A stretch of DNA of 64,000 bases from Vitrella brassicaformis CCMP3155 (Eukaryota; Protista; Chromerida). The notes beneath the pieces are model-generated. The model had not been told where the DNA came from and ran no database searches. It was given only the letters and a program-made list of their open reading frames with translations. Position numbers and translations under genes: made by a program. Where the stretch lies: positions 49,259 to 113,258 of the forward strand of contig CDMY01000340.1 of NCBI GenBank assembly GCA_001179505.1, written 5' to 3'. Position 1 is the first letter of the stretch. Each line of letters opens with the position of its first letter. Positions 9,762 to 22,049 of this stretch are shown here, piece after piece.

Positions 9762-11709
9762 ATGACCTCCATCGCGATGCACCACCCGTCCGATGCGGAT
9801 CTGCAAGCAGCCTTCTCAGGCCATCCCCCTTCCTCTTCTCCCCCTCCCCCTCTGCCCTACGGCACAGCAGGCTTCCGCGCAAACAGTGCCGTCCTCCTGC
9901 ACGCCATGCACCGGTGCGGCATCTTCGCTGCACTGCGGGCCGTCAAGACCAACCAGACTGTCGGGGCGATGGTCACGGCGTCGCACAATGTGGAGCCGGA
10001 CAACGGCATCAAGCTCGTCGACCCGACTGGCGGCATGCTGGAACAGTCGATGGAGCCCATTCTGACAGAGTTTGTCAATGCAGACGATGCTGTCCAGGGC
10101 CTGCGGCGGTTGCTCGAGAAGATTGAAGCACAGCCAGGAGTGGCCAATGGTGGCGGGGGGCGAGTGGTGGTCGGGCAGGACACCCGGCAGTCGTCGGAGA
10201 GGCTCGTCAAGGCGGTCAAGGACGGGGCTCAGCTCATGGGAGTGGAGAGCATCGTCGACCTGGGTGAGGTGACCACGCCCCAGCTGCACTTCATTGTGCA
10301 ACAGTGCAATGCCGCTGGAGCTGAGGGGCGAAGGATAGGCGAGTCGGTCTACTTCGAGCACTTTGGGGGCGCCTTTGCCAGGTTCTGGTCGCTGCTGCCG
10401 CCCTCCCCCTCCCCCGCCCCCGCCCCTTCATCCCTCTATGTCGATGCGGCAAACGGCGTGGGTGCCCTGAAGATCGCTCCGCTAGGCGAGCACCTCAGCG
10501 CCACGCTCTCCCCATCCCCTCTCTCGCTGTCGCTGCTCAACGACGGCACGCAGCCGACAGACCAGCTCAACGAGGAGTGCGGTGCTGAGTACGTGCAGAA
10601 GATGCAAAGACTGCCGCGAGGCTTCGACGCTGCAGAGATGGTGGGCAAGAGGTGCTGCTCGATGGACGGCGACGCCGATCGGCTGGTGTACTTCTCTCCG
10701 GGCGGGGAGTCGGACCACCTCATTCTGTGTGACGGTGACAAGATGGCCGCCCTCTACTGCACTGCCATTCAGCGGATGCTGGCCGAGATCGACCTGCAAG
10801 ACAAGGGCAAGGGCCTGCGGGTGGGCGTTGTCCAGACGGCCTACGCCAACGGCGCCTCCACCGCCTTCCTTGATCAGCTGCCTCACGTGGATGTGAGGTG
10901 CGTCAAGACGGGCGTCAAGCACCTGCACAGGGCAGCTGAGGAATACGACGTCGGGGTGTATTTCGAGGCCAATGGCCATGGGACGGTGCTGGTGAAGCGG
11001 GAAAGGCTGGGCGAGTGGGCAAGCGTGGTGGAGGGGCGCGACGAGAGAGCCTACGAGAGGTTGGTGGCCTTCCTGGGTATCTTCAACCAGACGACTGGGG
11101 ACGCACTGGCCGACCTCCTGGCCACTGAGGCGGCACTCAAGTAAAGATGAGAGGAGGCTGATCTGATGTCTTCTGCACACCCCTTTGTTCTGTCTGTCTG
11201 TCTACAGGTACCTCAACATGTCATTTGCTGACTGGGCGGCCCTCTACACAGAGTTGCCCTGCAGACAAACCAAGGTCACCCAACAGATCCACGGTCCACA
11301 CACGCGCTTTGTTTGTCCATTGTTCATTTTGTGTGTTCGTCCGTCCAGGTGGCGCTGCCCCGGTGGGTCTTGAATCGCCTACAGCCCCACCCAGAGCACG
11401 AGAAGACCCTCACCCAGCCCACTGAGCTGCAGGCAAGGGAAACCACGGCTGCCTCACCCACACAAGCATCCATCGGGCACGTGTCGTGCTGTCACTCAGG
11501 CATCAGTCGACACCGCCGTCTCCTCACTCATCGCCCAGCACGGGGATGGCTACAGTGCTCGGGCGTTCATCCGCCCGTCGGGCACTGAGGACGTGTGTCG
11601 GCTTTATGTGGAGGCCACCACCGCCGAGGGAGCAGACCGCCTCAGTGACGAGCTGAAGGCGAAGATCAGTCAATTCGGTGCACAGATGGCCAAAAGCGTG
11701 ATGAAATGA
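9762..11709 (+). CDS. PGM3: Phosphoacetylglucosamine mutase (PAGM/AGM1); exons 9762-11140, 11208-11274, 11349-11432, 11500-11709
   Basis: Motifs YGTAGFR, MVTASHN (phosphoserine loop), DGDADR (metal loop), GVYFEANGHG (sugar loop) and RAFIRPSGTEDVCRLYVEA (phosphate loop). All exon phases are consistent; the third intron is GC-AG. Confidence 0.96.
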
Positions 11710-11904
11710 CAAAGCCATTTTGTAGTGGGGCAACAGACCCGTTTTTTGTCCGTTTGTCGTTACTTCCAAACGGACGCGACTTTTCCCTTTTCTCCCCTTC
11801 TCTGGAGCGGCGAGTTTTGACAGACACCTGATTGGCGCAGAAGGTGAGGGGCTCATCGTTCCTGTGTGGGGCGCCGCGGCCCCACCCCACATAGCTCGAG
11901 CCGC

Positions 11905-13441
11905 ATGGACAGGAGACTCCCGGCTTACGAAACGGCAGAAGGACACAAGTCCGCAGAGGCCAGCTGTTCTCCCGTGCAGCTGTCCCTCTCCTCGAGCGGC
12001 CCTCCGACGAGGGGCTCTGATTGCTCCGCTGACACCCCCCTGTTCTGCACACATGCTGATCGGCTCGACTTGACTGAGAGGGGCGAGGGGTTTTGTCCTT
12101 TGCTGCACATACCCAACCACTGCATGAGCCCACACTGGGGAAACGAGGACGTAAGCGAGCGAACACAAGCGACCCTCATCCATACCTATGATAGATACTC
12201 CATCGTCATTGTCTCTTCAGTCCACTGCTGGTGACCCCGGTAGTTCGTCCGCCTCATCGGCAAGTTCGTCCTCTGCCTCTGCGGCCTTCCCTGCCGTGGC
12301 CGAGCTCGGGCAGTCATCCCACTCCTCCCCTCACCTTATCAGTCCCAAAGGCGCGGGCGTCAACATACGGGAAGATGACAGCCACCGTTCGGCCGGCGCT
12401 GATGGGGAGGATGGTTTCTACGCCAAGGCCAAGACCTTCGGGTCAGTCGAGGGGCTGATAACCCACCGTGCGGCCACCAAGGGGAGGCTGACGACCTGGG
12501 CCGATGAGGAGGACGCCAAGAGCCAGGCAACCAGTCTGTATATGGACGGGCAGACCACTCCTGAGCCCTACTACAAGGTAGGTAGGTAGGTAGGTATTAT
12601 GGTGCATATGCACACGCTCTGGAGCAGCAAATGTCTCGAGTGGTCTGTCTGCATTAATGTCTCTGACTCACTGCTGTGGCAGGTGGTGTGTCGGGAGATC
12701 ACTGAAAACGGTTTCGTGACGTTCTTCATGACTCTGCTTACGCTTTTTGCCCTGTTTGGCAAAGACATCTGGGCGGCAGCCGCAGATGCGGTCGGTGGGC
12801 CAGTGTGGTGGCTGCAGGGAGACAGGGAGGAGATGACTGTCCGACGTTGTGAATGTGTGTGTATGTGTGTGTAGGAACATGACGACGAGTTCAACATTTT
12901 GACCATGTTGTGTCTAGTGCTGTTCACTGTCGAGATGGTCCTCATGTCCATCGGCCAACAGGACTACCTTTTCGGCTTCTTCTTCTGCCTCGGTGTGTAG
13001 AGAGCACGGGGAATAGATAGATGGATGGATGGGTGGATTGCTGGGATGGGACGCGCCATGCCATCTCTCGCTCTCCCTGCCCCCTTCAGATGCCGTGTCC
13101 ACAGCCTCCCTGATTCTGGACCTCACGTGGATCTCTGACGCCCTGCAATCAGGAGAATCGGTGGAGAGCGCATCCGCGGCCAGGTAAGAAGGTCTGTGTC
13201 CATTCATCCATCCATCCATCCATCCATTGATCCAAATGCACACAGGACGGGTCGCACAGCGCGTGCCGGCAGCCGCGCCGGCCGTGTGGTGCGGCTGTTC
13301 CGCCTCATCCGCATTGTCAAGCTCTACAAGGTCATCATAATGCGCATCGGAGGCGGCAGCCACCCCAGCCACCCCAACCACCCCCACACACAGGGCAAAG
13401 GACCCCACAAACCACACACGGTACTTACTTGCAAAGGGACA

Positions 13442-13476
<35 letters not shown>

Positions 13477-16400
13477 GGAGAGGGGGAGTGATGGGTGTGG
13501 TGTGGTGTGGTGTGGTGTGGCGTGGTGTGCAGGGTGGAGGGAGGACGGCTCCCGGCGAGGAGCTGGACATGGAGGTCGGCGAGCCCGAGTATCCGAAGCC
13601 CGAGCAGGCAGACGAGGAAGAGGAGGAAGTCGGGGTGAGTTCGCACCGCACCCAGCTACAGTGGGTGTATTTGCTTGTTTGTGCTGCCTGGCCTGCATTG
13701 ATCCATCCATCCATCCATCCATCTGTGGTGTGGATGAACGCAGGAGGAGACACGTGTGGGCAAGAAGCTGTCAGATCGGACGACGCGCCGAGTCATTCTC
13801 ATCGTGCTGGCCATGCTCTTTCTCTTGCCCCTCTTCTCACCGGTGAATGACTGACGCATGGCGCTGCAGACTGACTGACAGAGAGACAGAGAGACAGACT
13901 GACACACCTGCACTCACGGATGCATCCTATCCTGTACGTGGGTGGTGTGTGACATCCCTCTCTCTGCCAGGGCTTTTGGGACTCTGAGTATCCGGCATCT
14001 GTCTCGTTTGGCCTCACCACACTCGACCAGTGAGTGAGGAGGGTGCTGGGTGCCTCTCTCTCACTTTGCGTGCATGTGATGTGTGTCTTGCCCATGCACC
14101 CATCCTTGTAGGCTGTATGCCGTCAAGGAGTCCTACCCCGGCAGCACCGCGCAAGAGGCCGAGTTCGCATGGGAGGCCGGCGTGCTCTCGTACATATCCT
14201 ACCACAGGGTGACCGAGCGGCCCCACCAGCCCAAGATCCGGCAGCCCCGTGTGGTCCACATCATCTTGCCCGAAGCACTGTCGCTGATCGACCCCATTCC
14301 CGAGGAGCTGTCGCTCAGCGTCAAGAACATGACTGAAAAAATCGAGATGTGGGACCTCAATGTCGGCCGAGAGGTCCTGGAGCGACTGCAGCAGCCGGCC
14401 ATCGTCACTGATGAAGGGGTCATTCTCGACCCGGATGTCGAATCGCTCAGTAAGTCAGTCCTCACACGGCTGGCTGCAGGCAGGGAGACAGACAGATCGA
14501 TTGATTGATTGATTCATGCAGGCGAGCTGCGGAAAAGTGAGCAGGAGCGGCTCAAGGGGGAGTGCCACACGGTGAGACGGCTGACGAGACAGACACCTTG
14601 ACGTCCCTCCCTCCTGATGGATGGCTCCTGTCCTTGCTCAGGTGACCTTCGACCGCCGCCCTTTCACTCGTTTCGAGGCGAACCTTAGCATCGCCCAGAC
14701 GTGCTTCATCTGCCTGGTGTGTTGACTGCTGGCCGATTCCATCCAATCACTCACTTTGTACACTCCTCTCTGGTGCTGCATGTGATCAGGTGTTGAGTGT
14801 GGGAGCGATGATGTTCTCGTACGACGCCAACGAGCTGGTGCTCAAGCCGCTCGAGAAAATGGTCAAGCGGGTCGAAATAATCCGGAAGAATCCCCTCGAG
14901 GCGATCCGTCTGGAGGAGGAGCTCCTGCAGCGGGAGGTGGACCTGCTGCGCAAGAAGTCGCAAGAGGAAAACGATTACATAAAGGAGACAAGACGGCTTC
15001 TCGACTACCTGTACGCAGCCAGCCAAGGGAGCGGAGCGCTCTCTCTCCTGCAATCATTCACATGCCGCCTGCTGTCCTGCTGTTGATTGTGTCTGTCTCT
15101 ATCTCTCTGTCGGTCAGGCTGTCGTGCTGCGGCTTGCGCAACAAGGAGGGGGTGGAGCCGCCGATGGAGACCATCATACTCGAGAAGACACTCGTCAAAA
15201 TCGGAACTCTCATGGCCCTCGGTGGGTGTCCGTCCATACTTGCCTGCCGCTTCGCCTCTTTGCAAACCGAGCTGACATCTGTTCTCGATATATGCCAATG
15301 GTGATCAGGTTTTGGTGAGGCGGGAACGTTCATCATCGCCAAGAATTTGGAGTCGACCGAGGGCGTCAACCCCATGGTGCCGGGCCGCAAAGTCACGTGC
15401 ATCTTCGGCTTCTGCGACATCCGAAACTTCACTGACGCCACCGAAATACTGAGGGAGAAGGTCAGTCAGTCAATTGCCCAGTGAGTGACCCTCCCGCGGC
15501 TGCACATGATTGCTGTGTGGTGTGTGTGTGGTATCCTTTGTGTTTGTGTGCAGGTGATGGTGTTCGTCAATCAGATTGCCGAGATAGTGCACGGCGTGTG
15601 CGACGACTTCAGCGGGTCGGCCAACAAAAACATCGGCGATGCATTCCTGCTGGTACGTAAGGAAAGGCTGGCTCGTAAGTGTGTGTGTTTCATTTAATCG
15701 TTTCCATCCCTTCCTCTTTTATGAGTAGGTGTGGAAGCTGCCCGAGCGGCACCCGTATACGGGCAAGGAAGTGGCGTACCGCATCCAGGACGACGGCGAG
15801 ACCAAGGAGATTACCGACACAGAGATCATCACCAAGACGGCCGACATGGCCCTCATGTCCTACCTCAAAATCATTGCCAACATCAACAAGTCGCCCGTCA
15901 TCGCCGAGTACCGAAGACACGAGGGCCTCCTCGCAAGACTGGGCAAGCACTATCGCGTCCGCATGGGGTTTGGGCTGCACCAGGGGTGGGCTATTGAGGG
16001 CGCCATCGGCACCACCTACAAGATCGACGCCTCATACCTCAGTCCCAACGTCAATCTGGCCTCTCGCCTCGAGGCAGCCACCAAGCAGTTCGGTGTGCCC
16101 ATCCTTGTCAGCGGTGGGATGATCGAGCTCCTCAGCAAGAGATTCCAGGTAGCTAATGAGAGGAGCAGAGAGACACGGAAAGAGAGGACTCAGGGCATGA
16201 GGGCATCGTGTGTCTGTGAGTGTGTAGGATGAGTGTCGTCGCATCGACCGGGTAACAGTGAAGGGGTCGAAGCAGCCGATTGACCTCTGGACAGTCGACC
16301 TCCACCCAGAGGCTCTCGCGGTATGCAGCAGACAGACAGACACCAACACCGCAACACCTACTGCCTGGTTCGGTTCGCTGGCTATGTTCGTTGCTGTGTC

Positions 16401-17106
16401 GACTGACAGGTTGACGGGCCAAAGAGGCCCAAAGATCACGATGCCAAGAACCCTAAAGCCGCACAGGTGAGGTGGGCCTCATGTTGGCTGACTGACATTG
16501 CCGCCGTAAGGTCGAGAGAGAGACACGTCTTGGTGTTGGCTGGCGCGTGTATGCGTCCGTCCAGGCATACAATGCGTACAAGAAGCTGCGCGCCGGCAAG
16601 CGCAAAGCCGCCCTCAAGCGGAGACTTTGGAACCCGGAATTCGAAGTATTTTTTGACAGACAGACGCGCATTCGACATGACGTGACACAATACAATGGAT
16701 GCGTTATCTGTCTGTCGGGTCTGTCTGTCTCGGTCATCCATCCGTCCATCAGGTTGCGTCTCTGTTTGAGTCCGATTCTGACCTCAAGAAGATGCGCGCA
16801 CACTTACCGCCGGGCTTCCTGGACAGGTTCAGCGAGGGGTGGCTGGCGTACCACAGGGGCGACTGGGCCGACGCCAAAGACATACTCACGAGGTAACACA
16901 GGCGGGCAGACAAACAGACAGACGGACGGACGGACGGACCCTCTCTCATCTGAATGTCGGTGTGTAATTGATTGACGCACAGCATCAAGGATTCCGTGGG
17001 TGCGACGGAGGACGGTCCGTGCACGGTGCTGCTCAACTACATGGGGGAGAGGTCGTTCGTGGCGCCAGACGACTGGCAGGGCTACAGAGAACTCACCGAA
17101 AAGTAG
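11905..17106 (+). CDS. Alveolate-type ion-channel/adenylyl cyclase fusion (AC-alpha-like): TM region with S4-like voltage sensor, class III cyclase domain, TPR-like C-terminus; about 20 exons
   Basis: S4-like RTGRTARAGSRAGRVVRLFRLIRIVKLYK (about 13245-13330); VGKKLSDRTTRRVILIVLAML; LMALGFGEAG; FGFCDIRNFT, NKNIGDAFLL, GFGLHQGWAIEGAIG, KIDASYLSPNVNLASRLE (Lys/Asp pair indicates ATP specificity); C-terminal DGPCTVLLNYM...PDDWQGYRELTEK stop at 17104-17106. Start uncertain (ATG 11905 or 12124). Confidence 0.92.
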
Positions 17107-17312
17107 ACAGACCCCCGTCTGCTCTGCGGCCGGCCTCGATCGAGGCGTGCGTGTGTTTGCTTACGTACGTACGGCTGTGTTGTGCGTCCTGCCTGCCACT
17201 GAGCTCTTTTTACTCATACGTACGTACGTAGATGCCGCAAAGCCAGCTAGCTTCGTTTCCTGTCTGCAGGTAGTGGTCGGCCATTCGTGCCGCCGCTTGA
17301 CTACGATATATA

Positions 17313-17344
17313 ATATACTGGACTCGATAGATATACTGGACTCG
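17313..17344 (+). repeat. 14-bp direct repeat downstream of the adenylyl cyclase stop
   Basis: atatactggactcg at 17313-17326 and 17331-17344. Confidence 0.85.
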
Positions 17345-17713
17345 TCCACGTGTGAGTGCATGTAGCCAGCCAATCACTCGCTCAGTGTAGGTTTTGCACG
17401 CGTGTCTGTCTGTCTGTCTGCCTGTGTGTGGGACGAGGGAAGGTTTGTGTAAGTACGTCCTGGACTGTGGTGGATGGGGTGCATGGCTGGCGCGCCATGG
17501 CATGAACGAACGAATGAATGGACGCGTCAAGTGCAGTGCAATGGGAAGGGGTGAGATTCCACCGATGGATGGATGGATGCATTGATTGCATGTGTGCTTG
17601 GCTTGCATCAGCCAATGGATCGGTAGATACAAGACGTTCACTGTGTACGTAGGTGGCATGTCCCACAGACACACACAAGAGCTGAGCTAGCTGCACACTG
17701 CACGCAAATCACA

Positions 17714-17740
17714 GTAAGTAACCTGTCGTAAGTAACCTGT
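17714..17740 (+). repeat. 13-bp direct repeat in the AC/NIPBL convergent intergenic region
   Basis: gtaagtaacctgt at 17714-17726 and 17728-17740. Confidence 0.85.
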
Positions 17741-18376
17741 ACGTAGCAATTAATTGCTGGCTGCCCGAGCAAGCAAAGGGCAGCCAGGTCCATTTTGGTC
17801 GGAAGGATGCGATAGACATTCCTTCTCTCTGTCTGTCTGTCTGTCTCTAGCACATGCTGGCTGGCTGCAGAATGGGGTGGCTGTGCTGCATACATGGCCT
17901 TCACATATGCAGCAAGGTAAGTCTGCAAAACCGACAACCAACACGAGCCGAGCTGGGCCGGCCTCGACTTGTACACGTACGTACGACTGACTGATTGAAG
18001 GATGCAAGCACATATGATACACCAACGGATGGATGCACGAGGGAGGGAAGGAGGCCTGCAGGCACCGTGGATTTGCCTCCTTTCCGTGCAGGCAGGCGGA
18101 AAAGCGTGGGCGGGTAGGAGAGAGGAGGAAGGCCCTAAGTCATGACTTCGATAAGACACCCTAGCTGGTCTCGCTTCGCTCGCTCAGGCAAGAGACTGCC
18201 AGTCGGGCCGGCCCGGCCCGGCTCAGCAGGGGAAGGAATCATACGACAGACATCTCAAAAAAGGATATGTACACAGACTGCTTGCCTTGCCCTCAGACCC
18301 ACCAGCCCTCCGCCAGTCCATCCATCCATCCATCCAATGCTTCAATCACATCGACTGACTGAGTTGACCCCACTAC

Positions 18377-21300
18377 TCACTCCTTGCGTGCCCTCCCGCC
18401 CCTTGCTCCTCTGGGCCGCCCCCGCCCCCGGCCGCCCCTCTTGCCTCTGCCCTTGACCTCGATGCACTCGTACTCCTCCTCAGAGTCGCTGCCGCCCCTC
18501 CCGCCCTCATCCATGTCGCTGTTGTCACTGTGGCTCAGGCCATACTTGCGCTTCCGTTTCACGCCTCGTGTCTTGGGCTTGTTGGCAGGGGCATTGTCGG
18601 CCCCACCCTTCCGCCCCCTGCCGCCGCCGCGCCCTCCCCTGCCGGCCCTTGTGGTGCGTCTGCCGCGGCCGCCCCGCTTGCCGTGTGGGTGGTGTTGGTC
18701 CTCTAGCTCTTGGAGGAGCTGCTGCTCCATGCGGGAGATGCTCACGTCCACCGACTCCTTGCCGAGGTTCTCCCTCACCCACTCCTGATGACCGATCGAT
18801 GGATGCACAGACACAGACAGACAGACAGACAGGCATCTGTGTTGTCGCCTGCGGGTGAGTGTGTGTGCTGTGGTCAGTCACCTCGACGATGTTGGTGTCG
18901 ATGTGGTCGTTGTGGTATGCCTTGAGGAGGTTGAGAGTGAGGGATTGGAAGGTCGACGGCGAGAAGACGTTGGTGGTGGCCTCGTCCACGGCATACGTCC
19001 ACTTGGGCTTCTCCTTCTCGCGACCGCCGCCCTCAGCCGACTGGTAATCCGATATCCTGCACACCACACAAAGTGAACACACATAGACCGACCTCCTTGT
19101 GCGTCTGTCTACCCCTCATCCCATCCTCACTCACTTTTGGTCGGTGATGCCGTATTTGTGTCTGATGCTGGTCTTGAGCACGCCCGCGGCAGCACACACA
19201 CAGCACCCGCCGAGCTTCTCCTTGCCCGTCATGGCCATCACGCCATCCACCCGCACACGTCTCACAGAGGACCCGCCAGCAGCAGAAGCAGAAGCAGCAG
19301 CGGCAGCGGCAGCCGGCTGGCCGTTGTCAGGATCACCATCGACGGGGGACATGGCTGCGTCTTGGCCCTGGCTGGTGGGTGTGTCATTGTCACAGGTGGG
19401 TAGGAGGCACCCCTGGGACGAAATCAGCGAGTTGAGCTCCGTCACGAGGACCAGCGCCTCAGACTCAAACTCCAGCATGAGCGACCCCAGGATGGACGCC
19501 ACGTACTGCAGGTACGTCAGCGTGAAGTACATCGACGCGGGGAACCCACTGTCGACATCCATCGGCTGGTGGTGCTCGTGGCCGTCGCCATTTGGTTGCT
19601 CGTCTGTGTCTGCGGGGGGGTTGGCGGGCTGGGGCTGGTCGACGAGCAGCGAGTGGAAGGCGGGCGGTGGGGAGAGGTTGGCTTCTGCGATGGTGGTGGC
19701 GAATGACTCGAGGAAGCTGCGGTCGCTGCACTTCTCCATCTGGTGACACAGGTTGCGCAGAATCCTCTCGCGACTCTTCTGCACACACACACACACACAC
19801 ACGAGAGAACATGCGTGGTGACGTGTGGTGTGGGTGCGTGTGGTTATGTATGTGTGTATACGTACCTTGGTCTTTTGGCATCTCTCTTTGTAGACTCTTG
19901 CGACGGGCTCGATGACGCGCATGTCGGGGGGCTGGAAGAGCTCCAGCTTGCCGGCGAAGTTGCGATGGATGGCCAGGAAGGACTCTCTGTGGACCGATCA
20001 CACACACGTCCGCACCATGTGTGTGTATGTGTGTGTGTGTATACCTGAGGCAGTCTTCAAGACGATTGACAATGATATTGGGGTCGCGGTCAGTCAGATC
20101 CTGATGGTCGGTCGGACCAAGACGCACACATGACACAACAAGCCCCTCCGCCCCTCCCGCTTCTGTCTGTCTGCCCATTCCTTCACTCATTCCTCGCACT
20201 CACTCCCTCACTGACTCACCTTGATGATCCTCACCGCCGGGCCGCGGACGTCTCCCTCGTCGCAGAAGTACAGGCAGAACATGGGCGCCACAATCTCGTG
20301 TGGGTTGATGAGCCCCTGCCGCTGCAGCTGCTGCACCACCTTCAACGCCTCACAACACAGACCCTCCTCAGGGCTCAGCTTCCTCCGCCGATCATTCCTC
20401 TCGCCACCGCCACCATTCTCACTGTTTGCTGATGCAGGGGCGGCCAGCCGCACGCCACGCACGATGGCGAGGATGGCCGGCAGGTGGTGGCTGAGCGGGG
20501 CGGCGGAGTCCGTGGCCGTGGGCATGCTCGCGGCCGCTGTGGCCGTGGTGGGGGTGGGGTGGGGGTGGTCGGCGGGATGGGCTCCGCGCAGGGACAAGAG
20601 GCCGCCGTCACTCAGCTGCAGAGACAACGAACAGGGAGGGAGAGAGAGAGAGCCATCGTGCTATGTGTGCAGGCAGGCGATGCGTGTGTCCGTGCGGCGG
20701 GCGGTCTTTACCGAAGCCGGTTTGTTGTGAGCCTCCTTGCTGCCGAGGTTCTGATGGCGAGCAAATAGAATCACACGTCACCTGTGTTGTGGCGATGCTG
20801 CCGCTGGTGCGTTAGTCAATTCACCTCGACGGCCAGCTTTTCGAATTTCTGCAGGAGGCTCGACAGCATTTCGAGGGCATTCGTCTGCAATGCTGCTCAC
20901 ACACAGAGAGGGAGAGGGAGAAAGGCGGAGGGATGTGCGAGTGTTCCGTGACATCCCAGTGACAGACCCACCCACCTATGGGTCGGCTCTGGTCCAGCGA
21001 AAAGGTGATCGCATCCTTCAGCCTGACGCACACAGGCCAGGACACAGACAGTGACAAACCAGCCCAGCCACTGCAAGTCCCGCATCCCCGCCCCCCTCTC
21101 CAGTCCCCACTGTGTGTGTTACGCGTACGCACCGCGTCGAGTTGACGAACTGTCTATGTGTGGCGTAGAACTCGCCACAGCTCTTGAGGATGCCCCCCAG
21201 CGCCACGGCCTCGCAGGTCTGGAACTTGTTCAGACGGATGATGTCGAAGACGTCCAGCAGCAGCCCGTTGACGTACTCGAGGAATTCGCCGCCGATGCTC

Positions 21301-22014
21301 TCCTCCCACTTGCTGCTGGCCGGCAGCTGTGCGATCATGGTGTTGACGCCGTGGGTGAGCGACTCGATAGTGATGGCCTGCTCGCGCCGGGTGCCCCTGG
21401 GGTAGTTCTTGACGTGGGCGGTGGCCTTGGTGCTGCTGCTGGAGCCCTTGGACCGCACAGACGGCGTGGGCGACGTGGTGCCGTCATCTGCTGAAGGCAG
21501 CATCCATCGACACAGCCATGTGTGTACGCGTCATGGGCAGAGTACTGTGCTGTGCTGTGCTGACCGTCTTTGCAGAGGTCGTCTGCACTTAGTATGATCT
21601 TGTCGAGTGGCAGGGCGGCGAGCAGACTGCCCAGCGCCATCGCCACCCGGTGGGCAATGACGATGTGCTCCCTCGCCCTTGCCTGGCCCCTGGACTCGCT
21701 GAACTTCTTGCGCAGCCACGCCAGGTAGGCCACTCCGTGGACCAGCAGCGGCTCGATGCATTTCTTGTAGTCGTATGTGACGTGCTGCACGACGGCTGCG
21801 ATGCAGGTGCGGGCGGCCTTGATGAGGTAGCTGGGGGTGTTTTCCTTGATGATGCCGGCGATGCTGTCGCTGTAGGTGGCGAGCTTGAGGATGTCGTCTT
21901 GTGCCTTGGTGAGGGTGCTCTTGAGGCTGGCGGGGGTATCCATCGCTGGCAGCACCGCACTGATGATGTTTAGCACCTGATGATGCATTCAGCACACCAA
22001 CCAACACACCATCC

Positions 22015-22049
<35 letters not shown>

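Noticed and set aside
7342-17740. Short direct repeats (7342, 17313, 17714) as a CRISPR-like array or target-site duplications
   Set aside because: Only two adjacent copies each, no spacers, no enclosed element; consistent with local slippage duplication.
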